The notes: generated by a model from the sequence alone, not told the origin. Numbered from the stretch's first letter, positions 22,106 to 32,100 are shown. The stretch is DNA of 64,000 bases from Eubacteriaceae bacterium (GCA_034927505.1 JAYFPY010000004.1:13735-77734), one strand, 5' to 3'. A program made the numbers and translations.

Positions 22106-22667
22106 TGTATCCTGCAGCCCTCCTTTTTATCAAATGATACTTGTCCATTACCTTCAGCAATTCCCATGCAATGAGTCCGCCTGCTCCACCCGAAAGAAGA
22201 GCTACAGCTAAAATCAATACCAGATACACGCCCGGTGCCTGAAAAAATACAATATTTACGCAGGCAGTACCTGTCACATTTGCAACTGCCCCGGCCAGTA
22301 CTGCACAGCCGCGACAGCATACTCTATGGCCTGTGATCAGCAATGCCAGATCCATAGCGATACCCGGTGCAATATAAGTAAACAGACTCATGATACCATG
22401 CGAACCAACTACGCCTGTGATCAAAACCAGTATGGCCTGCACGATCGATATGATCGTTGCCGTACCCGGCTTCTTGACGATGCCATATCCTATTACTAGC
22501 CACATCATATAAAGACCGCCTGCCAATGCTCCGCTGGGGATCATCAACGGTCCGGTCACCAGATGCGCAAGAGGCACCACTGCCGGTTTTATTGCTATCC
22601 CGACCGCCGCCATGATCGCCATTACAACCAGATCATATACTGAAAATTTTTGCAGGACTTTGCTCAT
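22071..22667 (-). CDS. ECF transporter S component-like membrane protein (YkoE-like)
   Basis: 198 aa, about 6 TM helices. FSVYDLVVMAIMAAVGIAIKP...GIVKKPGTATIISIVQAIL... resembles ECF substrate-capture (S) proteins of the YkoE type. The specific assignment is from memory only. Confidence 0.65.
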   Translation of the reverse strand: MSKVLQKFSVYDLVVMAIMAAVGIAIKPAVVPLAHLVTGPLMIPSGALAGGLYMMWLVIGYGIVKKPGTATIISIVQAILVLITGVVGSHGIMSLFTYIAPGIAMDLALLITGHRVCCRGCAVLAGAVANVTGTACVNIVFFQAPGVYLVLILAVALLSGGAGGLIAWELLKVMDKYHLIKRRAAGYSGKEKKTETGE

Positions 22668-23263
22668 TTATTTATTACCTCTATTTTTTCGACATATCCG
22701 GCCCAGCCCTGCATGTTATAATCTTTTGTTTCTCTGCTGTCGTATTTTTCCTGCCCGTACACCAGCCGTAGCGGTGTTCCGTCATTTGGATCAAAATCTT
22801 TATTGTTTCCCAGCTTTGTACCTTTTTTTACTATAGCTATCATTGGAGATACCTTTTCGCCCTTTGATGCTGTGCTGTCTTTGAAATAATATAGATCATA
22901 CAGTTTTTCGACCTCATACTCTCTGGTATATCCATCGCTGCATGAGATTTTTACAGTTTCATATTTTTTGAATCCGGCATCCTCCAGCAGCTTTTTCAGG
23001 TCTACACCCGTATATGTTTCCACTGCTCTGTCATTTCCGGTTTTCTTGTTACGGCCGCTGTATATGACTTTTTCAGTTCCGACTTTTTTCAAAGTATCGG
23101 TGGAGTAATATGCTCCCGTATCTGACCCTTCCTCGGTCACCGTCAACACCGTATCTGAACTTTTTTCTATGCTTCCGACATTCGGTTCGCCCTGGCTGCT
23201 GCCGCACGATGCCATAGTGAATACGATCACAAGACATATTATAACTGCAAATATTTTTTTCAT
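22664..23263 (-). CDS. lipoprotein with a single SUOX/YedY-like module
   Basis: Lipobox TMASC, then YTGVDLKKLL, CSDGYTR, MIAIVKKGTKL, TPLRLVYG, WAGYVEKIEV. Confidence 0.7.
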   Translation of the reverse strand: MKKIFAVIICLVIVFTMASCGSSQGEPNVGSIEKSSDTVLTVTEEGSDTGAYYSTDTLKKVGTEKVIYSGRNKKTGNDRAVETYTGVDLKKLLEDAGFKKYETVKISCSDGYTREYEVEKLYDLYYFKDSTASKGEKVSPMIAIVKKGTKLGNNKDFDPNDGTPLRLVYGQEKYDSRETKDYNMQGWAGYVEKIEVINK

Positions 23264-23275
23264 TTTTCCTCCCGT

Positions 23276-25354
23276 TTACTTGCTTACACTTATTTCTTTG
23301 ACATTCTTTACCCATCCGGATACCTGATTTTCCACTATCAGTCGCAGAGGGCCGAAACCGTTGCTCCCGTTGTATCCTTCAGATTTCTTTGTCGGCACCA
23401 GAGGAACTCCGTCTATACTGTAAGCTAAAATAATGTCCCTATGCTGACCTTCCTGATATCTGCTGTCTATTCCATTCCAGACATCATCGACCGGTATTTC
23501 TTTTTTATATCCATCCTGTCCGATCACAGTGATCCCTGCAGGTGTCTTTATTCCCTTTTTCAGATTTTTAGTGATCAACTTTTTCAAGACTGCCCCTTGA
23601 TATCCATTGCTTCCTGCCGATGCGGCAAAAGACTGTCTAACGGTATTTTTACCGGTCAATGCTTCGATTTCACTAAGTTTGTATGTTTTGCCTTCCACTG
23701 CAGATCCGCTTATTTTCAATTTCGTATCAAGGTACTTTCTGTAGTCTCCCTTGCTGTGAGTCCATTGTCCTTTATGTATGCCTACGTTCATGCTGTCCAG
23801 CTCATTTAGTTTGACAACTCCTGCCAGACATACAGAACCTTCTTTATCGGAAAGTGCTTTTCCGTTTTTACGTGTAGCAATTATGTAATTTCCATCTTTC
23901 AACGAGTTTAGTTTCAATTTTATTGTTTCATTATCATTTTCAAATGTTACTGAATATGCATCCACCGTCATGCCTGCATCCTGCAGCAGGTCGTAAACAG
24001 CGACTCCTGTATAGCCCTTTACAGTCTTTGTAATCTCCGGCATATTTTCCAATTCAGCCACGGAGTAAGTTATGCTGGTTTGTATCCCTTTGCCCTTTAT
24101 TGTTATCGTTTTCTCTGCATTGGGATTGTCGCTGAGTTTTTTCCCTGCATAGATATCGATAGAAATGCATTCCTTCTTTGTTGTTCCTTTTTTTATATCC
24201 TTTTTAGCAGGCAGTATAGCGTATATCCTGTCCTTCTCAGTAGGCTCTCCATCTATACTGTAAGCCAGGGCCGGCATCGTGCCCGTAATGGTTTTGCCGC
24301 TTTTTTTCGTAGTATAATCTTCACTGTCGCCCGACAGATTTCTCAGGTATTCCATGTCTATGGTCTCGCTGCTGCCGTCAGCAAAAGAAAATTTTACTTT
24401 TCCTTCCTGTGCGGCCAGATCTGCTTTCTCTTTGATATATCCCCACAGGTATGCACCTTCATAAAAGTTTTTTTCACCATAGTAATTCCTGATGCAGTTT
24501 CCCGTTTTTTTGGCAGCATACTTTTCTACATCTGCTATGGTACACCATGAACTGCTGAGTCTTTTGTTATTTGCATCTTTATCATAGACACTGATTTTTA
24601 CAGTCTTTTCTTCAGATGCTTTTTTGCTGTGCTGTGTATAATTCTTTTTTTTGCCGACGATTATTTTGCTTACCCATTTGACATTGTCCGGTGCATTATA
24701 CTGCTGTGGATCTGTCTGCCCTATTGTAAGTCTGACCGGCCCGCCGATATTGTCTGCATCTTTGACATATCCATCTTTTTCCGTCATTTTCTTGCCGATT
24801 TTCTGACTGCCTGTCGGGCCGACCAGCGGCACATTGTCGCTTCCAAAGGACAATAAAACCGGGACTCTTTTCCCTCTTGTTTTTTTTGCATCCATAGTGC
24901 TGTAATAATTGTACTTGTTTTTTTTGATTTCGCTGATCAAAATAGTTTTGGAATATCCATCTGTAGATACGATCGTAACAGGAGTATTTTTATCCAGATT
25001 TTTACTCATTCCCTGATCTACAAGAAATTCATACAATCTTGCTCCTGTAAAAGTTCTCTTTGAAAAAACTCCGCCGCTGGTCAAAAGGCTGTACTTTCCC
25101 GAGTATCCAATGTCGCTGTTTTCATATGCGGTTTCCTCAATATCTTTTACTGAACATATTTTTTCTTTGCCCATTCCTGTACCTGTAACAGTCACACTGC
25201 TGTACAGGTAATTCCCTGTTCCGTATTTCGACCCCTCGTCATCTGCATGATCTGTATGTGCCGCCTTTTTGTTCATGCATCCGCACATGCAGAGCAGCAT
25301 TATTATCAGTACAGTGATGACCGCAATGGCTGCCGCTTTCCTTTGTGTTTTCAT
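23276..25354 (-). CDS. lipoprotein with 3-4 tandem SUOX/YedY-like modules
   Basis: Lipobox-like LLCMCGC. Repeated motif sets: FTGARLYEFL/STDGYSK/GPVRLTIG/VKWVSKIIV; YTGVAVYDLL; YQGAVLKKLI/GQDGYKK/ILAYSIDGVPL/GPLRLIV/GWVKNVKEISV. Confidence 0.75.
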   Translation of the reverse strand: MKTQRKAAAIAVITVLIIMLLCMCGCMNKKAAHTDHADDEGSKYGTGNYLYSSVTVTGTGMGKEKICSVKDIEETAYENSDIGYSGKYSLLTSGGVFSKRTFTGARLYEFLVDQGMSKNLDKNTPVTIVSTDGYSKTILISEIKKNKYNYYSTMDAKKTRGKRVPVLLSFGSDNVPLVGPTGSQKIGKKMTEKDGYVKDADNIGGPVRLTIGQTDPQQYNAPDNVKWVSKIIVGKKKNYTQHSKKASEEKTVKISVYDKDANNKRLSSSWCTIADVEKYAAKKTGNCIRNYYGEKNFYEGAYLWGYIKEKADLAAQEGKVKFSFADGSSETIDMEYLRNLSGDSEDYTTKKSGKTITGTMPALAYSIDGEPTEKDRIYAILPAKKDIKKGTTKKECISIDIYAGKKLSDNPNAEKTITIKGKGIQTSITYSVAELENMPEITKTVKGYTGVAVYDLLQDAGMTVDAYSVTFENDNETIKLKLNSLKDGNYIIATRKNGKALSDKEGSVCLAGVVKLNELDSMNVGIHKGQWTHSKGDYRKYLDTKLKISGSAVEGKTYKLSEIEALTGKNTVRQSFAASAGSNGYQGAVLKKLITKNLKKGIKTPAGITVIGQDGYKKEIPVDDVWNGIDSRYQEGQHRDIILAYSIDGVPLVPTKKSEGYNGSNGFGPLRLIVENQVSGWVKNVKEISVSK

Positions 25355-25368
25355 TTTTCACCCGTGAT

Positions 25369-26055
25369 TTATTTATTCAGTAGAATATACTTGTCTTTTT
25401 TAAAATCCAATATTCCTTCCCGCCTCATTTTGTTGAGTTCATTGGATAAAGCGGATCGGTTCACTGACAGATAGTTTGCCAGCTGATTCTGTGTCATCAT
25501 AATATGAAAACTGCCGCCGCCGTGTTTCTGCGACATTATCCTCAAATATGTCAGGACCCTGTCCCTCATACCTGCATGTGACAAAACATCTATTTTGTAT
25601 AATTTTTTAATGCTTTCATTCCCCAGTATATTTATTATGTTGCGCATTATGATGTTGCGGTATGAACACGTAAGAAGTCTGTCTCCGTTTATGGCCAAAA
25701 TGACCGCTTCTTCAGAAGCTGCCACAAAGGTCACCGGCGAGATCTTGCTTTCAGTTGAAACATTGTCCAAACTTATGATTTCACCCTGTTCATGCATATC
25801 CACAAGATGTATTTCACCTTCCATATGGAATTTCTCACTCCGTATACTGCCGTTGATCACTATTCCTATATCGGTTTCTTCTTCACCTTCATGAATAATG
25901 ATCGCATCTCTTTTATATTCTTCAAATGTAGGTGCGAGCTCATCACAAAGAATGCTGCACTCCGCTTCAGTAAGACCTTTGAACAGCGGTGCCTGCCTCA
26001 AATATCTTATTAAAGATTTTTTACTAATTTCTTTTTCCATAACGTAATGAATCAT
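25369..26055 (-). CDS. Crp/Fnr family transcriptional regulator
   Basis: cNMP-binding-like N-domain (LFKGLTEAECSILCDEL...IIHEGEEETDIGIVINGSI) and a C-terminal HTH (TQNQLANYLSVNRSALSNELNKMRREGIL). AAGGAG SD before the ATG at 26055. Confidence 0.85.
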   Translation of the reverse strand: MIHYVMEKEISKKSLIRYLRQAPLFKGLTEAECSILCDELAPTFEEYKRDAIIIHEGEEETDIGIVINGSIRSEKFHMEGEIHLVDMHEQGEIISLDNVSTESKISPVTFVAASEEAVILAINGDRLLTCSYRNIIMRNIINILGNESIKKLYKIDVLSHAGMRDRVLTYLRIMSQKHGGGSFHIMMTQNQLANYLSVNRSALSNELNKMRREGILDFKKDKYILLNK

Positions 26056-26130
26056 CAAACTCCTTAATGCTTCATTATACCTCAGTTTCTCGGGAACGAA
26101 TGTTGTTTGAACAATATTTTTGACAATAGT

Positions 26131-26619
26131 TTACTTTTTGAACTGTATTTTTACGATCATTTTAGTCCAATCACTGGATTTTCCGTCCGGTATCAGCAGC
26201 CTAAGCGGTTTTTCAGAATCATTCAGCGCTTTTTCCCCATTGGCAACCGACAGTATTATCGAATCATGATTTGTTAAATAACTATTGTCCAAAACCGTTG
26301 TATACCCGTCTGAAGCAATGAAAATGATTTCGTCATAGTCGGTCTGTCCATGGCCATATTGTTCCAGAAAGGTATCCAGTGTGGGTCCGACAGCCGTAAC
26401 AGTTTTTTTCGTGGATTCCACTTCCCCCGAAGCTTTTGTACATTTCAGGTCCGCAAGTTGATCCGGAGTGATTTTAAAAGCTTTGTCTTTTATCCCCGTT
26501 ATCTGTATCTCTGTTTTGCCGTAGTCGGAAATATCAGCTGTGACCTCTGCACTGCAGCCTGCTGCAATACAGGACAAGATCATGATAAGGATCAGCAATA
26601 CCGCTTTTTGTTTTCTCAT
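26131..26619 (-). CDS. lipoprotein with a single SUOX/YedY-like module
   Basis: Lipobox IAAGC, then AVGPTLDTFL, ASDGYTT, IILSVANGEKAL, KPLRLLIP, DWTKMIVKIQF. Confidence 0.7.
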   Translation of the reverse strand: MRKQKAVLLILIMILSCIAAGCSAEVTADISDYGKTEIQITGIKDKAFKITPDQLADLKCTKASGEVESTKKTVTAVGPTLDTFLEQYGHGQTDYDEIIFIASDGYTTVLDNSYLTNHDSIILSVANGEKALNDSEKPLRLLIPDGKSSDWTKMIVKIQFKK

Positions 26620-26936
26620 TTGTTTTTCCCTTCGACTTTCACGTAGTATTTGCCGGTATCCGGATCCTGATATACAACTCCTTTTTCCTGAAGGCCGCTG
26701 TTGTTTTCTACTTCTTCTACCTGTTTGTCGTTCAGGTTTTCTGCATTATTGAGTTCTTCAACGTTCTGTACAGATGTTACGTCAACGTTCCAATGCATTA
26801 TCAGCGCCAGCATTATACCTACCGCCAAAATAAGCATGGCATCTACCAGATTTGATACTCCATCCATCGGATTTACATCTTCCTGGCTTTTTCTGGATGC
26901 GGTCGACAATCTTCCGCTGCCAAATCGTCTAAGCAT
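26616..26936 (-). CDS. ExbD/TolR-like (DUF2149-like) single-pass membrane protein
   Basis: Start at ATG 26936 (GGGAGGAG SD, 8-nt overlap with the upstream gene). Basic N-terminus, then EDVNPMDGVSNLVDAMLILAVGIMLALI with an Asp at the start of the TM helix, then a small periplasmic-type C-domain. Confidence 0.7.
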   Translation of the reverse strand: MLRRFGSGRLSTASRKSQEDVNPMDGVSNLVDAMLILAVGIMLALIMHWNVDVTSVQNVEELNNAENLNDKQVEEVENNSGLQEKGVVYQDPDTGKYYVKVEGKNK

Positions 26937-27570
26937 CTTTCTCCTCCCGGTTTTCTTCTTCAAGTACGCATTCCATCAAGGTCTCAAGCACTGACATATA
27001 ATTACTGTACCAGGTTTTTCTGATCGATGAAATCAGCAGTGCTATAGCTGCTGCTGCGAGACCTGCGATCGTTGTATCAAATGCCGTCAGCAGTGACTGC
27101 GACAATGTATTCGTATCACCCTGTCCCAGCGCAATGATCCCCGGCCCGAGCGGGATCAATGTACCTAAAAGACCCAGCATCGGTCCTATTTTAGCAATAA
27201 AATCTGTTACCTTGACACGTCTGTCATATATGGCCTGCTCTTCGCTCAAAAGCCTTATTGCCAGACTCTCCCGCATTGTACTGCTCAAATTACTATGCCT
27301 TGTCAATTCCAGCAGTGCAGCCTTTTGTCGTTTCAACAGGTTTCCTTCTTTGATCGTTTGGTTTATTTCTTTTGACTCATCTCTGATGTCATCCACCATA
27401 TGCGGCATGTCAGCCTTCAAATATCTCCTTTCGGTAAATACCTCCGCTATGATCGTTCCTATCAGCACCACTGTTGCTGCCAGTAAAATTATCAACAATA
27501 TTATTACCGGCCATCTCAGTCCTTCCGAGACACTTCTCAATACATCACTAAAACTACTTAATGAAAACAT
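26929..27570 (-). CDS. MotA/TolQ/ExbB proton-channel family protein
   Basis: 213 aa. N-terminal TM helix, cytoplasmic helical insert, then the family signature PMLGLLGTLIPLGPGIIALG...LLTAFDTTIAGLAAAAIALLI. Confidence 0.8.
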   Translation of the reverse strand: MFSLSSFSDVLRSVSEGLRWPVIILLIILLAATVVLIGTIIAEVFTERRYLKADMPHMVDDIRDESKEINQTIKEGNLLKRQKAALLELTRHSNLSSTMRESLAIRLLSEEQAIYDRRVKVTDFIAKIGPMLGLLGTLIPLGPGIIALGQGDTNTLSQSLLTAFDTTIAGLAAAAIALLISSIRKTWYSNYMSVLETLMECVLEEENREEKDA

Positions 27571-27580
27571 TCTTTTTTTA

Positions 27581-29059
27581 TCATCCTTTCCGTTTTAAAA
27601 TAATATCTGCAATACTTCTCTTTCCCGCAGAACGTCTGAAAAACAATATTTCTCCAATTACTCCGCCGCCCAGCAGCAGTCCGGCGGCAGCGGCAGTCAA
27701 CCCGTTCAGTCCTGATTCGGATGAAAAATCCACAGAAGCATTTTCCGGATCGAATTCTACCCATTGGTTTCCTGTTGAGTTCTTACTGTCATTGCTTTCG
27801 AAAGCTTTGTTCTCAGCCTGAGCAATTGCATTCGATGTCTTTTTATCTGCGATCTTCAACCCTCTGTTTTGATTTTGATTTCCGTTATCACCTTTCTGAT
27901 CATTGCTGCCATCGCCCTTCTTCTTATTGCCAGTTCCATTGTTCCCTTTTTTATCATCGTCATTATTTCCTGTGCCGCCTCCTCCATTTCCGGGATCTTT
28001 CTTGTTGTCAGAGTCGTCTGACCCTATCCCTGTCATCCCGGCCTGTGAAGACGCTGTTGTCTGTCCGCTGTATTCCTTTCGAGTATATGAAAACTGCATA
28101 GAAGTATCTCCTTTTCCGACGATTTCCACCTGACACTTTCCATCCTTCAGCATGGATCCTTCAGCCAGTCCGGTAACACTGACAATACTATTGTCGTATC
28201 CTGATACCTTGATATTTGAAAGCACCTGCTTTTTCAAAGCTGCCAGTGATTCTTTCGATAAATAGCTATAGGACTCAGGCAATGATACTGTACATGTCAG
28301 CTGATACTTGCTGCCTTTTTTATCCTTGCTGCCCGAGATCAATTTTTTTTCGATTTTGAGACCGGGACTGCCCTTGAGTTGCACTTCCATCTCGTATACC
28401 CATTTTCCGCTGCTTTGTACATTTTCACTGCCATCGTCAGTTTGACCATATATCAGTCGATATTGAAAATCTTTTGGCAGATCTCCCGTGCTGTACTGCT
28501 TGTAGCTGCCTCCCTGGTTTATCCGCAGTGCTTCGTCTCTGCTGAATTCAGTACATGCTATTGCAAGGATAGTAGGAACGGATTCTGCACCCGCTCCGTA
28601 TTTGGAAAAGCTGAAATCAGAGATCTGACCGTTGGACGGCATCTCTCTTGCCTGGTTTGGCAAATAGTATCTGCTTTTCAAAAGATCGTTGGCCGAAAAA
28701 GTCGTAGTGGATTCCCCGTAGTTGTCCGATGTTTTCATATGCAGATAGTTGACAGATCCCAGATCGATGTTGCAGTCGTTTATCAGGTTTTCCAGACTGG
28801 GCCCCCATCCGTAGCAAACGCGTGCAAAATGCCCGCTGTCTATCCCTGAATATGTGTATATTTCTGTACCGGCCAAATTTTTCATATCGGTCTCGGTGTA
28901 ATTTCCAACTTCGTAATACGGGCCTCCATAGAATCCTGCACTTATTTTTAGATTTCCTGCCTCCGCCTTCTGCGGTATCAACAGGCATGTCAAAATGAAC
29001 ATTAAAATAACTGCAGCGGCAATCGTTCTTTTTCTTTTTTGATGATTGTTTCTAACCAT
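27581..29059 (-). CDS. exported, C-terminally membrane-anchored protein with SUOX-like N-domain and G/N/D/K low-complexity linker
   Basis: Start taken at MVRNNHQKRKRTIAAAVILMFIL (29059), because the track start at 29101 sits inside a terminator hairpin. Signal peptide ends ...QKAEA. Motifs GWGPSLENLI, TSDNYGE, PTILAIA, YRLIYGQ, KWVYEMEV. An approximately 60-aa GNGGGGTGNNDDDKKGNNGTGNKKKGDGSNDQKGDNGNQNQN linker. C-terminal TM helix LTAAAAGLLLGGGVIGEILFF followed by RRSAGKR. Confidence 0.7.
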   Translation of the reverse strand: MVRNNHQKRKRTIAAAVILMFILTCLLIPQKAEAGNLKISAGFYGGPYYEVGNYTETDMKNLAGTEIYTYSGIDSGHFARVCYGWGPSLENLINDCNIDLGSVNYLHMKTSDNYGESTTTFSANDLLKSRYYLPNQAREMPSNGQISDFSFSKYGAGAESVPTILAIACTEFSRDEALRINQGGSYKQYSTGDLPKDFQYRLIYGQTDDGSENVQSSGKWVYEMEVQLKGSPGLKIEKKLISGSKDKKGSKYQLTCTVSLPESYSYLSKESLAALKKQVLSNIKVSGYDNSIVSVTGLAEGSMLKDGKCQVEIVGKGDTSMQFSYTRKEYSGQTTASSQAGMTGIGSDDSDNKKDPGNGGGGTGNNDDDKKGNNGTGNKKKGDGSNDQKGDNGNQNQNRGLKIADKKTSNAIAQAENKAFESNDSKNSTGNQWVEFDPENASVDFSSESGLNGLTAAAAGLLLGGGVIGEILFFRRSAGKRSIADIILKRKG

Positions 29060-29088
29060 TTGTTCTTTCTGTTCATAAAACCCATAAA

Positions 29089-29115
29089 GGGGCTGCCTCA
29101 TTGTGAGTCAGCCCC
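29089..29115 (-). terminator. intra-cluster hairpin (partial terminator or attenuator)
   Basis: Minus strand reads GGGGCUG-A-CUCA-CAA-UGAG-G-CAGCCCC (11 bp in total), followed by UUUAUGGGUUUUAU. Lies 32 nt after the stop of the 1394-aa gene. Confidence 0.45.
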
Positions 29116-29146
29116 AAATGGATCATTGGGTTTGATTTTGTATAGT

Positions 29147-32100
29147 CTATTTTACTTTTACAGTCTTGATAGAAGACCATCCGCCATAGACTTTTGTTTT
29201 ATTTACTGTACGGTAAACTCTTACTTTTACGTAGTATTTTTTACCTTTTTTCAGCTTGGTTTTTTTGTAGCTTTTTTTGCTTACCGGCAATGTTTTGACT
29301 ATTTTTGTCTTCTTCTTGGAAGTCGATATGGAAACCTGATATTTTGAAGCTCCTTTTACTTCCTTCCATGACACTGTCAGCTTTTTCTTACCTGCTTTTG
29401 TTTTGATTTTTGTCTTTGCAGGTGTCGGTCTAAGCCCTTTCACTTCCGAATAATTTCCGTAAACTGTGTGTGTCTGAGCCTTTGAATCTGAATACGTATT
29501 GAACGCTCTTACTTTGTAGTAATACGTTGTTCCGCACTGCAGACCTGTCTGGCTCAAAGAAACTGTCTTTGGATCACTTATTTTTGATATCAGTGAATAT
29601 GTTCCGTTCGCACTGGTCGATCGATACACTTCATAACCCTGTGCGGCACTGACCATATTCCATGACACTTTACCGCTATTGTACGAGGTTGCTGTTGCTG
29701 TCACTGTTATCGGTGAAGCCACCTTTACGCTGGCCAGCTGTGCTTTCAGATCGTCGATCTCATCTAGCTGCATCTGACTGTTTTTATCAGCTTCTTCCAA
29801 TTTTTCCTGAAGATCTCCCATTCCGCTATAGAACCAGTCTGACCATTCCCATGTGAACTGTGGATATCCGGATGTGTCCGTATAGGCTTCACCCAAAGTC
29901 CCCGCCAGTACTTTCAGTTCGTCTGATGTCTTTACTGCCGAATTGTCAGTTACTGTTGCTGCTGCTGAATTTCCTCCAACGGACGATGCTGCTGTACCTG
30001 TCAGATAGAATGTATTGCTTATGCTCGCATCCTTAGGCGTATATCCCATTATCGATCCGGTTTTTACAGTTCCGTTACTGCCCGTTACAATTCCTGCATT
30101 ATAGCAATTCGTCATGTCTGTCACATAATTGCCCTGTGTCCCGACTATTCCGCCGACACCCTGTGTTGCGCTTCCTTCTGAAGCAGTTACTGCACCCAGG
30201 TTGAAACAATTTGTAGTTGTTTTTATATATCCTGTCCCATATATTCCGCCTACTGAATAAGTCCCCTTTACTTCGCCAGTGTTGTAAAGATTGTCAGCAG
30301 TACCGCTTGGCGAAGCATAGTTTCCGGCAACTCCTCCTATATTGCTGGTTCCGCTTATATCTCCGGTATTGCCGCACTTGTACACTGCCTCTCCTGCATT
30401 TCCGACTATTCCTCCGATATTTCCGGCCGTGGCTGTTACATCTCCATTGTTGATGCAATTAGTAACAGTAGTTTTATTGCTCTGTCCGATTATTCCTCCG
30501 ATAAACGAAGTGCCCGCAACCTTTGCAGTATTCTTGCAGTTGATGACCTTTGAAGCATTCGAGCTCCCTACTCCTACAATTCCTCCAGTCTGTGATGATC
30601 CGCTGACTGATGCTCGGTTTATACATCCGGAAACTGTTCCGCTGCCGTAGATCTGTGCAACAATACCTCCGGTATATGATGCTGTAGATTTTACATTCCC
30701 CGAAGTAATTACATTTTTTACCGCACCATTGCTTAATACTCCTACCAACCCTGTATACGCTGTTGTAGAATCCATTCCCATTTTAATGGTTTTACCGCTT
30801 CCGTCAAAAGTTCCATTGTAATAAAACTGCTTTGAATAGTACGGTTTTTTTCCATTGCCGGTCTCTATCGTTATACTCAGTGTTCTTCCTATTGGCGTAT
30901 ACTTTATCTCGGAAAGGTCTATATTCTTTGTTACCTTTGCATTGATATCTGTCTTTCCCATTTTTCCTACCATATCGGAAAATGCCTGTAGCTCTGATGC
31001 ACCTGTAATAAGATATGTGCCCGCTGCGTCCTGTTTCGGTGCATTGGTCATGTCCAACGCTTCCACCTTTATGGTGTCGCTCTTTGTCGTATCTTTATAC
31101 TTGTAACTTACCGTAATGGTATTCGTCCCTGTTGTCAGTGCTGTGTCTGTACACGTGAAACCCTCCGTAAGGGCCTCGGTCTTTCCATTTGTATAGCTTA
31201 CCGTCAGCTTCATGTCTTTTGAGTCGAATTTCTCACCTGCCGCATAGTACATTTTAGTAGGTGCAGTTGTTATACCTACTGAGTCCAGCTGATTTTCTGT
31301 AACCGTTATATTAGTATCAAAGGAAAAATCTTTTCCTTCAAAAGTACCGCTGACAGTTTCTTTTGTATCTGTCGGTTTCAGCTCATCAGTGTTGCTTATC
31401 TTATAATCTACCGCAGTCAAATTCTGAGTAGTACCGTCGCTGTATGTTGCTGTCAGCACCATTCCGGCATCACTGAATGTCTGTCCTTCGACATAGTCAG
31501 TTTTTGTCGGCTGACTTTTCATCTCCACTTTCGTGACCGTAGCTGTACTGTCCGACTGCCACCTGAGTATCGGATAGCCATTATTTACGTTAGTTGCCTT
31601 GTCAGCAACATATGCGCCGCCCAGATCCGTCAGGAATGATGCCGCCTTCATTTCAGCATCTGTTTTCCTGATACCGTTTCTTGCAGTATCTCCTTCAAAA
31701 TCTTTATAATATGCGATCGTATCCAATGCATAATTGTTTACAAGAGTTGTTGTTGCATCTCCTCTTGGTGCAATTGCACAGTAGTCCTTATATCCTTGGT
31801 ATATGGTCCCAACAGTATAGCAGTTAGTTACAGTTGAAGATTTACTTGTGAATCCGGTTATCCCTGCTATCCATCGACTGTCGAAGTAATTTGGCGTGGC
31901 CTCAAGTGCTTTTGTGTTTACTGCACCGGTGTTATAACAGTTCACTATGTGGCCGTTTCCCCATTCAGTATTATTACATCCTGTTCGCCCTGCAATACCT
32001 GCCTGTCCATTGCCGCTGCCGCTGAACTGTGTATATATATTTCCGTGATTATAACATTTTGAAACGGTACCTTCGGTCTCTCCGACGATACCTCCGATCT

